From contig CAVPOC010000003.1 in NCBI GenBank assembly GCA_963706955.1, forward strand, positions 96,001-160,000: DNA of 64,000 nucleotides, written 5' to 3'. The position numbers were made by a program, and so were the translations under genes. This stretch comes from an uncultured Verrucomicrobiae bacterium. Lineage in GTDB: Bacteria > Verrucomicrobiota > Verrucomicrobiia > Chthoniobacterales > Terrimicrobiaceae. Shown here piece after piece: positions 54,757-64,000 of the stretch. The notes under the pieces are model-generated. The model searched no databases and was not told where the DNA came from. It saw only the letters and a program-made list of their open reading frames with translations. Numbering within the stretch: position 1 is the first letter of the stretch; every line of letters begins with the position of its first letter.

Positions 54757-55731
54757 CTAGGACCCTGGTGGGCGATTTAAAACTGCACTCTTCTTGCTGC
54801 GACCAGATTCCAGCGAGCTGCGATCCCATTTTCCGAGATTCGCGGCAACGTCGTAGGTGGTTTGTAGGAAATCGAGCAGTATGCTGTCCGGCGACTCTGA
54901 CTGTTGGACAACATGGTACGGAAGAATGAATTCCCGAAGATCGCTGCTGTAGAAAGCTGCGCCCGGCTGGACAGACGCGGCCGCGAACCCACTCGGCTCC
55001 GGATAAGCATAAGAGTAAAACGCGGCGTAAGGTATCGGACCTCCGCCGGGCCAGAATCCGCAGCTACTGACCTCCTGCGAGTATGCTTCGCGCGTTACCC
55101 AGTCCGGCAGGTTTGGAATGCCCCCGGGATGTTCTGGGGCGCTTCGTCCCGAAAACCGAGTGACGGCTAAGTCGGGGGAACCCCAGAAAAAGTGCACCGG
55201 ACTGCACTTGCCGGTAAATCGCGCCCGAAACTGTTTGAAAACCCGGTCAGCTTGCACAAGGATCCGCCAGAATCGATTGGCGTACTCCCTGTCATACGCG
55301 CGGTGAGTCTCATCCTGGTCGAAGCGAATCGGTTCAGGAACTTCATTAGGTTTACGATAGATCTTCACGGCGAGGTCGAGCTTGCTCAATCCCTCCATGA
55401 GATTCGCGTAAAAGGCGGCCACTGATTGCGGTTCGAGCGCAATGCGAATGGCCCGGCCGTCGCTCGCCTGCACTGTCAACTGGTGATCTACGAAATCGAA
55501 ATCGATTTCGAATGTTCGACTGCCGTACGGAACCGGTGATGTCGTGAGACCTCTAGTCGTTACATACAATGTGACATGCCAGGAATGGTTCAGCCACGGA
55601 GTTTGGGTGAGCCTAACCTTGCCGACGATCTGCATCCACAGGTGTAAAGTGGCGTAGGTCTCACTCCAAGCGCCGAGAGAAAGGGCTGGCCATGTTTCCG
55701 GTCGTGGGGCAGCAGTCAGTGGTTCTTCCAT
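54757..55731 (-). CDS. DUF5996 family protein
   Basis: TLHLWMQIVGKVRL, NHSWHVTLY, FTGKCSPVHFFWG, EVSSCGFWPG, FYSYAYPEP. Confidence 0.82.
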   Translation of the reverse strand: MEEPLTAAPRPETWPALSLGAWSETYATLHLWMQIVGKVRLTQTPWLNHSWHVTLYVTTRGLTTSPVPYGSRTFEIDFDFVDHQLTVQASDGRAIRIALEPQSVAAFYANLMEGLSKLDLAVKIYRKPNEVPEPIRFDQDETHRAYDREYANRFWRILVQADRVFKQFRARFTGKCSPVHFFWGSPDLAVTRFSGRSAPEHPGGIPNLPDWVTREAYSQEVSSCGFWPGGGPIPYAAFYSYAYPEPSGFAAASVQPGAAFYSSDLREFILPYHVVQQSESPDSILLDFLQTTYDVAANLGKWDRSSLESGRSKKSAVLNRPPGS

Positions 55732-56055
55732 CAGCTCGCAAGGTCTAACAATTGAATAGTGTTTTCAATAAATTAGCCCGAATTTACACTGAACCGTTTC
55801 GCCCTCTTATTCAGTGTCTCAATCTCCGTCCAACGATCGTTGACGATGGCCGCGAAACCGGCTTTCAACACGGTAAAACGTTCGTCACGAAGCGACGCGG
55901 GGTTCGGATTTCTTCCTCTCGCCAAGCGGAGGACTCATGCCGATCCGGGCGGTCAGATCGTCAGGTCCTCGGACGTCGGATGAGGACCTCGACGTAGGGC
56001 AACCCGTGCTTGCGCGTGGCGCTGACCACTCCACAAGGGAAAGGCAATCATGAAA

Positions 56056-56529
56056 CTAAGTATACTTCCGGCGGAGGCCCCGACCAGAGGCGGCCGCGAG
56101 CGCCTCGCCGGCCGTCCAGAGTGCCACGCCCAGCAGCACGATGTCCTTGAGCACGAACTGTCCAGGCATCGCCGACAGGGCCGGAAACCCTCCTAAGCTC
56201 GGCTCCCAACCTGGGGTCGTGATCAGGAAGGTCAGGGTGGTCAGGAACATGCCCGCGGCCAACCCGCTGCCCGCCGCGGACCCGATCGGCCACACCGGCC
56301 GAAGCGCGATGAGCAGCCCAATGGCGATCTCGATCACGCCCAACAGCGCCGAGAACGTCGTGACGCTCATGAAGCCGTAAACCCAACCCATCAGCGGGCT
56401 GTTCGCCACCAGCGGCCGGATCCCCTCGGCCTCGTAGGCGGTGAACTTCATCCCGCCAATCCAGAACAGCACGAGCACCAAGCCGTACCGGGCGACGTGC
56501 TTGCCGATCGTCTGAAGGCGGTCGCTCAT
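56056..56529 (-). CDS. YkgB/DUF417 family membrane protein (RclC-like)
   Basis: WIGGMKFTAYEAEGIRPLVANSP, FLTTLTFLITTP, GQFVLKD. Confidence 0.88.
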   Translation of the reverse strand: MSDRLQTIGKHVARYGLVLVLFWIGGMKFTAYEAEGIRPLVANSPLMGWVYGFMSVTTFSALLGVIEIAIGLLIALRPVWPIGSAAGSGLAAGMFLTTLTFLITTPGWEPSLGGFPALSAMPGQFVLKDIVLLGVALWTAGEALAAASGRGLRRKYT

Positions 56530-56843
56530 GACAACACCTCGCTGGTGGGTGACACCCGGCGGCAGGCGCATGCTATCATCTCGGCCGCCGGCTCATCCAA
56601 AAAGAACTTGGGAATCGTCTTGAGCGTCAAACAAAAGAAGGTGGGAATGACGACGGCGTCATCCAGATGTCCGACTACTGGAATGAGATCGGGAACGATG
56701 TCGAGCGGCGTCGCGACGTAGGCCACTGCCGAACCAAGCAACCACTTCGTCAGCTTTGGTGTTCGCGGGTCAGCCAAAAAAATGTTCCGGTAAAGCTGAA
56801 GCTCTCGTTTGAATCTCAGGAATAGTTTCTTCAGCTTGTTCAC
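56526..56843 (-). CDS. YkvA/DUF1232 family small membrane protein; C-terminus possibly rearranged
   Basis: DPRTP..KW, YVATPLDIVPDLIPVVGHLDD. Confidence 0.72.
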   Translation of the reverse strand: MNKLKKLFLRFKRELQLYRNIFLADPRTPKLTKWLLGSAVAYVATPLDIVPDLIPVVGHLDDAVVIPTFFCLTLKTIPKFFLDEPAAEMIACACRRVSPTSEVLS

Positions 56844-57242
56844 GTCTAACGACCGAAGCTTAGGGCCGGCGACGACGAGACGCGTCGATTTCAACGCGAC
56901 GGCCCGCCGCCGTTCGCTGCGGCGCATGATTCTGTCACCTTCGGATATCATACCAATTGGAGTGATTCGCTGCCGAAAGGCGCTCCTGGCCGTTCATTCG
57001 TAGAGCCATCTATCTCGAGGCGAAGCTCAACGTCAAGCGCGAGATGAGTCAATCCTTCGACAAACCTCGAGACGCGGACTTTAAGCAGTGGCCGCCGAGA
57101 AGCGCGAACAGCGCTGCGAAAATGCGCTGCAGACGAGATTGGCAGCGAACAAGCGGCCTCGCGTCGCTCTTGGACGAAGGATCCCAGTAGCGGCCAAGGC
57201 TAAAATACCTGACAGGCAGGCTAAGGCGTGCTAAGCAAGAGA

Positions 57243-58472
57243 ATGACTCGAACCCTGCGCGAACGGTATCGCGACGTTCGCGGGCGCACGCGACAGATCT
57301 TCGGTTTGATCGAACCTGAGGCGTTTGACATCCGGCCAATTCCGCTGCGGCATCCCATTCGCTTCTACGAGGGACATCTGGCGTCGTTCAATTTCGGTAT
57401 GCTGCTCCAGAGCGGCTTCGTGAAGGATGATCCGCAGCCAGAGCTGACGACTCTCTTCGCTCGCGGCATAGATCCTCTGGATAAATCGTCGGCAGACAAA
57501 CTCACTATCAAGAGGTGGCCTGATCGGGCTGTCGTTGAGGACTACGTTGCGCGAGTGGAAAGCGAAATGTCCCGCGCGTTCGAAGCGGAGATTGATCCGA
57601 TCTATCTCCACACGGCGGTCGAACACGAAGAGATGCACCAGGAGACCTTGATCTATCTCATCCACCAACTGCCCCATGATCTTAAGCGAAAACCAACGGC
57701 CGCCCGAATCGATAGTGCGGGATCTCCACCGCCGGCATCATGGGTCCAAATTGAAGCAGGCGTTGTCCAGCTTGGAGCTGATCCAAAGACAGGACCCTTT
57801 GGGTGGGACAATGAATTTCCGCCAACGCGAATCGAGGTGAGGACGGCGGAGATCGCATCGCGCAAGGTTAGCAATGGCGACTTTCTGGAATTCGTCAATG
57901 CTGGCGGATACAGCGATGCAAAGCTGTGGAGTGAGAGCGGTTGGCGGGCCGTTCAAGAAGGCCATATCAGTGGGCCGCCGTTTTGGAGCCGTGAAAATGG
58001 CGAGTGGCAATACAAGGGTTTATTCGAATCGATACCGCTCCCGCTCGATTGGCCGGTCTACCTGAGCCACATTGAGGCGCGCGCTTTCACGCAATGGCGA
58101 GGTTGCCGGCTGCCGACTGAAGCTGAATGGCACCGAGCGTTCGAAAGCGCTCCAGCCCCACAACCCGAGCGGGACAACTTCGACTTTGTCGCTTGGAATC
58201 CGTCGCCGGTCTCCGCCGGGAACGGCAGCCTCTTTCAGCTCGCCGGCAATGGTTGGGAATGGACAAGCGTTCCGTTCGAAGGCTTCCCCGGTTTTAAGCC
58301 TTTCCCGCACTACCCCGGCTACTCGGCGGATTTCTTCGATGGACTGCATTTCGTCTTGAAAGGAGCCTCCCCCGTTACTCCGGCCGCACTGGTGCGCACG
58401 AGTTTTCGCAACTGGTTTCAAGATCACTATCGCTATGCCTACACCGCCTTCCGATGCGCGCGCGACCTCTGA
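57243..58472 (+). CDS. egtB: Non-heme iron sulfoxide synthase (EgtB/OvoA family; DinB-like plus FGE-like domains)
   Basis: LRHPIRFYEGH and HEEMHQETL iron ligands, FGWDNE, RLPTEAEW, GNGWEWT, YSADFFDG, FRNWF, FRCAR. Confidence 0.88.
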   Translation: MTRTLRERYRDVRGRTRQIFGLIEPEAFDIRPIPLRHPIRFYEGHLASFNFGMLLQSGFVKDDPQPELTTLFARGIDPLDKSSADKLTIKRWPDRAVVEDYVARVESEMSRAFEAEIDPIYLHTAVEHEEMHQETLIYLIHQLPHDLKRKPTAARIDSAGSPPPASWVQIEAGVVQLGADPKTGPFGWDNEFPPTRIEVRTAEIASRKVSNGDFLEFVNAGGYSDAKLWSESGWRAVQEGHISGPPFWSRENGEWQYKGLFESIPLPLDWPVYLSHIEARAFTQWRGCRLPTEAEWHRAFESAPAPQPERDNFDFVAWNPSPVSAGNGSLFQLAGNGWEWTSVPFEGFPGFKPFPHYPGYSADFFDGLHFVLKGASPVTPAALVRTSFRNWFQDHYRYAYTAFRCARDL

Positions 58473-59385
58473 GAGGGCGTTTGCGGAAATGGTGCGAGCC
58501 GGACTATGCGCTCAGCAGAAAAAACTCCAGCCAGCCTATTTTTACGATGCGCTCGGCTCGGCGCTGTTTGACGCGATCACGCGCCTGCCGGAATACACGA
58601 TTACGCGAGCCGAGACCGCACTGTTGCGCGCGCATGGACGCGCGATCATTGCAGCGGCAGGCACTAATCTTGAACTCGTTGAGCTAGGTCCAGGCAACGG
58701 TGAAAAGCTTCCGTTGCTCTTGAAACATTGTCCAAACTGCCGCGTTCATCTGATCGACGTTTCCGCGACCGCCCTCGAAAGTGCGCGCAGAAGACTTCAG
58801 GAAGCTTTCGATGTTGAGATTTCGTGGTGCGAAGCGCAATTTGCCGAAGGCCTCACGTCGCTCCACCCATCGCCATGCAAACGCCTGGTGCTCTTTCCTG
58901 GGCTCGAATATCGGGAACTTTACCCTCGGGAGGCAACCGATTTTCTGCGGATTGTTCAGCGCTCACTCTCGGCGGGGGATATGCTTCTGGTCGGCGTTGA
59001 TCTCGTGAAATCAGAGCAGCAACTGCTCGCAGCCTATGATGATCCGCTCGGGGTAACAGCTGCGTTCAACAAGAACATTCTCCTGCGTATCAATCGTGAG
59101 CTGGACGCGAATTTCGACCTCCTGGCGTTTGATCACCGCGCCCTCTGGAATGCCGCTGCGAGTCGGATCGAGATGCATTTGCTTAGCCTTTTCGATCAAA
59201 CCGTCCACATCGCCGCCCTCAAGCTTGACGTGCCCTTCGTTGCCGGGGAAACGATTTGGACTGAAAGCTCCCACAAATACACCGAGGCAGGTTTTCGCGA
59301 CCTCGTTCAAAAGAGCGGCTTCCAGCCTGTCGACCAGTGGCTGGCGGAGGAGCAATCGTTCCTCGAGCTACTCGTCGCGGCGTGA
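58435..59385 (+). CDS. egtD: L-histidine N-alpha-methyltransferase; short compensating frameshift at ~58895-58925
   Basis: YFYDALGSALFDAITRLPEY, LVELGPG, AYDDPLGVTAAFNKN, RIEMHL, IWTESSHKY. Confidence 0.92.
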   Translation: MPTPPSDARATSERAFAEMVRAGLCAQQKKLQPAYFYDALGSALFDAITRLPEYTITRAETALLRAHGRAIIAAAGTNLELVELGPGNGEKLPLLLKHCPNCRVHLIDVSATALESARRRLQEAFDVEISWCEAQFAEGLTSLHPSPCKRLVLFPGLEYRELYPREATDFLRIVQRSLSAGDMLLVGVDLVKSEQQLLAAYDDPLGVTAAFNKNILLRINRELDANFDLLAFDHRALWNAAASRIEMHLLSLFDQTVHIAALKLDVPFVAGETIWTESSHKYTEAGFRDLVQKSGFQPVDQWLAEEQSFLELLVAA

Positions 59386-60119
59386 TCAAGTTTCGGGGCG
59401 TCAGCAAACGATTCGGAGACGGCGCTCCCGCGCTCGCGAACATCGATCTGGAAATTCCGGCGCGACAAACCAGCGTTCTCATTGGTCCCAGCGGTTGCGG
59501 CAAATCGACGCTCCTGCGCTTGATTATTGGCCTGCTCGAGCCGACCAGCGGGGTGGTCGAAGTGGCTGGCCACCAGGTGAGTCGCGCCGGAATTCTCGAG
59601 CTCCGGCGGCGAGTTGGCTATGTCATCCAGGACGGCGGATTATTCCCGCACCTGACGGCTCGCGAAAACATCACCCTCATGGCGCAGCATCTCCACTCCC
59701 CCGCCGACCAGATTAATACGCGCCTGGCGGAGCTTTGCGAGCTGACACGATTCGCGAGCCAAAATCTCGACCGCTATCCGGTCGAACTCTCCGGTGGACA
59801 GCGCCAGCGCGTCAGTCTCATGCGGGCGCTCATGCTCAAGCCTGAACTGCTTCTGCTCGACGAGCCGCTGGGTGCGCTCGATCCACTCGTCCGGGCACGT
59901 CTCCAGCAAGACCTGAAGGAAATTTTCGCGCAACTCGCGCAGACTATTGTTTTGGTTACGCACGATATGGCTGAAGCGGCGTTTCTTGGCGACACCCTGG
60001 TTTTGATGAACGAGGGGCGCATCGCGCAAGAGGGCCGCCTGGAGGATCTGCGGAAGCGCCCGGCGTCGCCCTTCGTTTCCGAGTTTATGAATGCTCAGCG
60101 TGGGTTGGCTGGACTATGA
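59382..60119 (+). CDS. ABC ATPase of osmoprotectant/betaine type (OpuA/ProV/EgtV-like, no CBS domains)
   Basis: GPSGCGKST, GYVIQDGGLFPHLT, LSGGQRQR, LDEP; GTG overlaps the egtD stop (GTGA). Confidence 0.9.
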   Translation: MIKFRGVSKRFGDGAPALANIDLEIPARQTSVLIGPSGCGKSTLLRLIIGLLEPTSGVVEVAGHQVSRAGILELRRRVGYVIQDGGLFPHLTARENITLMAQHLHSPADQINTRLAELCELTRFASQNLDRYPVELSGGQRQRVSLMRALMLKPELLLLDEPLGALDPLVRARLQQDLKEIFAQLAQTIVLVTHDMAEAAFLGDTLVLMNEGRIAQEGRLEDLRKRPASPFVSEFMNAQRGLAGL

Positions 60120-61585
60120 GAATGTTGCTGGCCGCTCTGCTCATGGGAGGGGCATGCGGCATGGCTGCGGAGATCAGCATCGGCTCCAAGCGTTTCACGG
60201 AAAGCTACGTCCTTGGAGAGATCGCGACCAGGCTCCTGCGCGACCAAGGGATCAAGGCCAAACATCGACAGGGCATGGGCGGATCCGTCATCCTTTGGGA
60301 GGCGCTCAAGGGCGGGGCTATCGGTGCCTACCCCGAATACACCGGCACGATCACGGAAGAGATCCTCCACACCGGAGAGCGCTTGCCTCTGGAGGGCATC
60401 GCGACCGAGTTGGCCCGCCAGGGCGTCGGCATCACCGGTGAGCTCGGATTCAACAATACCTACGCGTTGGTCATGCGGCGCGATGCTGCCGAGCGGCTCG
60501 GCATCCGGCGAATCAGCGATCTGAAAAATCATCCCGATCTGCGGCTGGGTTTAACCCATGAATTCCTCGAACGGCAAGACGGCTGGAGGCCGCTGAGCGC
60601 GCGGTATGGCCTTGGAATGCGCGACGTGCGCGGCGTTGATCACGCCCTTGGATATGCGGCGCTCGCCAACCAGTCTATCGATGTGAAGGACGCGTATTCG
60701 ACCGACGCAAAGATCGCCGAAAACGACCTCGTCGTGCTCGAAGATGACGCACAGTTCTTCCCGCAATATCAGGCCGTGTTCCTCTACCGGCTCGATCTCG
60801 CCCCCGAAGCAATCTCGGCGCTCAAACGGCTCGAGCACACGCTGGACGAAAAGCGTATGACAGAGCTGAATGCGAAGGCCGAGCGCACGAAAGATTATGC
60901 ACAAGCCGCAGCGCTCTATTTTGGCGACCAGACGGTTCGGGCGGATGCCGGAACGAGCGCGAGAAAGATCGCCCACTGGACTGCACAGCACCTGACGCTC
61001 GTCAGCATTTCCCTTCTGCTGGCAATCATCGTTGGCATTCCTCTCGGCATTGCTGCGTCTCGTCCAGGCGCCATCGGGCATTTCATCTTGAGCGCGGCCG
61101 GCGTGGTGCAGACAATCCCTGCGCTCGCGTTGCTGGCACTCCTTGTGCCCGTTCCCGGACTTGGGATTAGCGCCGCCACGGCAATCCTGGCGTTGTTCCT
61201 TTACAGCCTGCTGCCCATCATTCGCAATACCGCGACCGGGCTTCAGGACATTCCGCTCCCGCTCCGTGAATCTGCCGCCGCTCTTGGTCTCGAGCCGGGG
61301 GCGCAGCTGCGGAAAATTTTCTTGCCGATTGCCTCACGGACAATCCTGGCTGGAATTAAGACCAGCGCGGTGATCAATGTGGGCTCAGCAACGCTTGCCG
61401 CGCTGATCGGCGCAGGTGGGCTTGGAGAGCCTATCATTAGCGGGCTTAATTTGAACGACCATGCGACGATTCTTCAGGGAGCGATTCCCGCTGCACTTCT
61501 TGCGCTGCTCGTGCAGATGGGATTCGGCGCGCTCGATCGCCTCCTGATCCCACGCGGACTGCGCCTTGCACCCCACAAAGAGTAG
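60116..61585 (+). CDS. Fused betaine-type substrate-binding domain plus permease (OpuBC/OpuBB-like; EgtU candidate)
   Basis: IGSKRFTES, YPEYTGT, GFNNTYAL, YSTDA, FFPQY followed by TMD with QTIPALALL, LLPIIRNT, IGAGGLG; ATGA overlap with the ATPase. Confidence 0.88.
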   Translation: MRMLLAALLMGGACGMAAEISIGSKRFTESYVLGEIATRLLRDQGIKAKHRQGMGGSVILWEALKGGAIGAYPEYTGTITEEILHTGERLPLEGIATELARQGVGITGELGFNNTYALVMRRDAAERLGIRRISDLKNHPDLRLGLTHEFLERQDGWRPLSARYGLGMRDVRGVDHALGYAALANQSIDVKDAYSTDAKIAENDLVVLEDDAQFFPQYQAVFLYRLDLAPEAISALKRLEHTLDEKRMTELNAKAERTKDYAQAAALYFGDQTVRADAGTSARKIAHWTAQHLTLVSISLLLAIIVGIPLGIAASRPGAIGHFILSAAGVVQTIPALALLALLVPVPGLGISAATAILALFLYSLLPIIRNTATGLQDIPLPLRESAAALGLEPGAQLRKIFLPIASRTILAGIKTSAVINVGSATLAALIGAGGLGEPIISGLNLNDHATILQGAIPAALLALLVQMGFGALDRLLIPRGLRLAPHKE

Positions 61586-61760
61586 TTTTCCGACGATCGT
61601 AGACTGCCGATATGGTTGCCAATGTGCCACTTTCGAGCGGGTGCCAAATGGCCGGAGAACGTTCAGCGCGAGGACCGATCCGAAGTTCTCATGTCGTAGC
61701 AGTCACATTCAAGTGCTTAGCCATGCCCGTCCCAGCCGGACCCGGTTCGCTTGTCGAAAT

Positions 61761-62529
<769 letters not shown>

Positions 62530-62788
62530 GCGTTCGTCTCTCCTACTTCAAATTCGCGCTACGACGATTCGGCGTCGGGGATGCCGGTGCGGGAACGGGC
62601 GGTCCATTCGAACTGCTAAAAAAGTGATACCTGTAGTCGCATACTTCCGCGGAATTTTTTTGCTGCCGGCGCATTTCTTTGGATCATCGGATACCGAGCG
62701 CGGAATGACTGCCGCTCTCGCAGCCTGATTTCTGCGAAAAACTTATCAAGTCAAAACTCATTCAAGCCAGGTGCAACTTTATCTATGA

Positions 62789-63583
62789 CTAGGATCGCGA
62801 CGGAGGCTGCTCGAAATAGCGCGCCCGAAGTGGCTGGAGATAGTAATCGTTCAAGGTGTTCAATGCTTCGCGCGCGAGGGTAAATTTTTGCGCAAGATCC
62901 TTGAAGACGGATCCCGGCCACGGCGGTTCTGGCTCTCGCGCGGCCAGCAAGTAGAAGCGCCGGCCTTCACGCTCGTAATCGGCAACGGCGCGTGCGCGCG
63001 TGAATCGACTCCGCGGCCGCCGAGTGAAAAAAGAACTACGATCCGGATAGATTCCCGTGAGGAAGAGCGAGATGTCAGCGACTCGTTTGTAAAGACGCGG
63101 CTTGAGCGCCGGGTCAACCAATTGGCAGAGCGCAATCATGTCGTCGATGTCGAGATCGCTGAATTTGCGTTTATGCCAGGCACCACGCTCCTTCCAATAA
63201 ACCAGGCTGGTATTGGTGCGAACGAACGAGCAGAGCATTTCGATCAGATACTCGCGGGTGACCGCCTCACTCAGCAACTGCGTGGCCTGTGAAGCTTCGA
63301 AAACCGGGATCCGTTTGCCTCGCTCATCTCTCTCAAACATGAAAGAGCGGCCTTCCAGATCGCGACGAACCCGGCGTAGCAGCACGGCAAACATCAGATA
63401 CGGCGAGACGCGCACGAACACTTCCTCGTCATTGAGAAGTCGCTCTGCCAGCTTCGGATCGTCCAGCATCGCCTCCAGCAGTTCTTCCTTGTCGCGCACG
63501 AGCTCAATAATGTGATCGTGGTCTCGTCGCCGTGTCGCCACCGTCTCCACGACGAATTTCAAATCCGAGTCAGTTAGGCGCAT
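62789..63583 (-). CDS. Hypothetical protein
   Basis: ~264 aa ORF with natural helical composition (ADISLFLTGIYPD, YEREGRRFY); no recognised family. Confidence 0.7.
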   Translation of the reverse strand: MRLTDSDLKFVVETVATRRRDHDHIIELVRDKEELLEAMLDDPKLAERLLNDEEVFVRVSPYLMFAVLLRRVRRDLEGRSFMFERDERGKRIPVFEASQATQLLSEAVTREYLIEMLCSFVRTNTSLVYWKERGAWHKRKFSDLDIDDMIALCQLVDPALKPRLYKRVADISLFLTGIYPDRSSFFTRRPRSRFTRARAVADYEREGRRFYLLAAREPEPPWPGSVFKDLAQKFTLAREALNTLNDYYLQPLRARYFEQPPSRS

Positions 63584-63626
63584 TTTCTTGCCAATTGCGA
63601 GCCGTATGCGACGCGCAGCTGTGTTA

Positions 63627-63790
63627 ACCACAGAGTGCACAGAGGACACAGAGGAAAGTCAAAAAGGATTCCTTTTGCGCTTCTAATCAGCCAGCGGACA
63701 TTGAAGTTCGTGCGGGTAAATGGCTGACCTCTTAACAGCGCTAGTCATCTCTTTGTTCCGAAACTCTGTGTCCTCTGTGTTCTCTGTGGT
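63627..63790. repeat. Inverted pair of triple 9-mer (nnCACAGAG) repeats
   Basis: ACCACAGAG-TGCACAGAG-GACACAGAG at 63627-63653 and near reverse complement CTCTGTGTCCTCTGTGTTCTCTGTGGT at 63764-63790. Confidence 0.8.
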
Positions 63791-63839
63791 ACGCATTTCC
63801 CGCCATTGGCTTTAGAAACAAGCCTGCTACTTAACGGTT

Positions 63840-63898
63840 TGTAGAGGCCCGTGAGCCAGAGGCCTGTCTTCGGGCGGTTTGACACAGCCGCCTCTACA
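63840..63898. repeat. GTAG-type REP-like inverted pair
   Basis: TGTAGAGGC...GCCTCTACA ends with internal GGCGG/CCGCC palindrome. Confidence 0.6.
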
Positions 63899-64000
63899 AA
63901 GGAGAAAGGGCGCCGCTAGATAGCGACGTCAGATGATAGCCCTGGCCACCCTCCTTATTGAGGACACGGAGGAGAGCCATGGAGGATGCGTTTTGCGCAT

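Noticed and set aside
56850..57240. Riboswitch (SAM-type) upstream of egtB
   Set aside because: No recognisable aptamer consensus or terminator found by eye; an Rfam scan would be needed
57243..59385. Selenoneine, ovoselenol or canonical ovothiol cluster
   Set aside because: No SenB glycosyltransferase or SelD/SenC in the window; the synthase lacks OvoA's fused C-terminal methyltransferase and is paired with EgtD

Overview
A GC-rich bacterial genome segment. The gene mix and GTAG-type palindromic repeats suggest a soil Verrucomicrobiota/Chthoniobacterales-like organism, but that is inference only. Left to right: (1) a minus-strand sulfate-assimilation operon cysI-cysH-cysD-cysN (cysN runs off the edge); (2) a ~22 kb minus-strand sugar-catabolic region (5.6-27.8 kb) with two complete sugar ABC importers, an extra binding protein, RpiR and LacI regulators with visible palindromic operators, and isomerase, dehydrogenase, lactonase and kinase genes of unknown substrate; (3) a redox/detoxification region (28-57 kb) with three aldo/keto reductases, two AraC regulators, MDR oxidoreductases, epoxide hydrolase, VOC proteins, an RclA-like disulfide oxidoreductase and an RclC/YkgB-like protein. 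This region is interrupted by a third sugar ABC importer and an uncharacterised SDR-ROK-SIS-FAD oxidoreductase-phosphotriesterase cluster, and contains several gene remnants including an IS630 fragment; (4) a translationally coupled egtB-egtD-ABC ATPase-(binding protein/permease fusion) operon, i.e. ergothioneine-type biosynthesis joined to a betaine-type importer, which is the most notable system here; (5) an SDR and a hypothetical gene. About eight otherwise intact genes carry single-base frameshifts that look like long-read sequencing error. No rRNA, tRNA or CRISPR array was recognised. All calls come from motif recognition by eye; no database searches were run.
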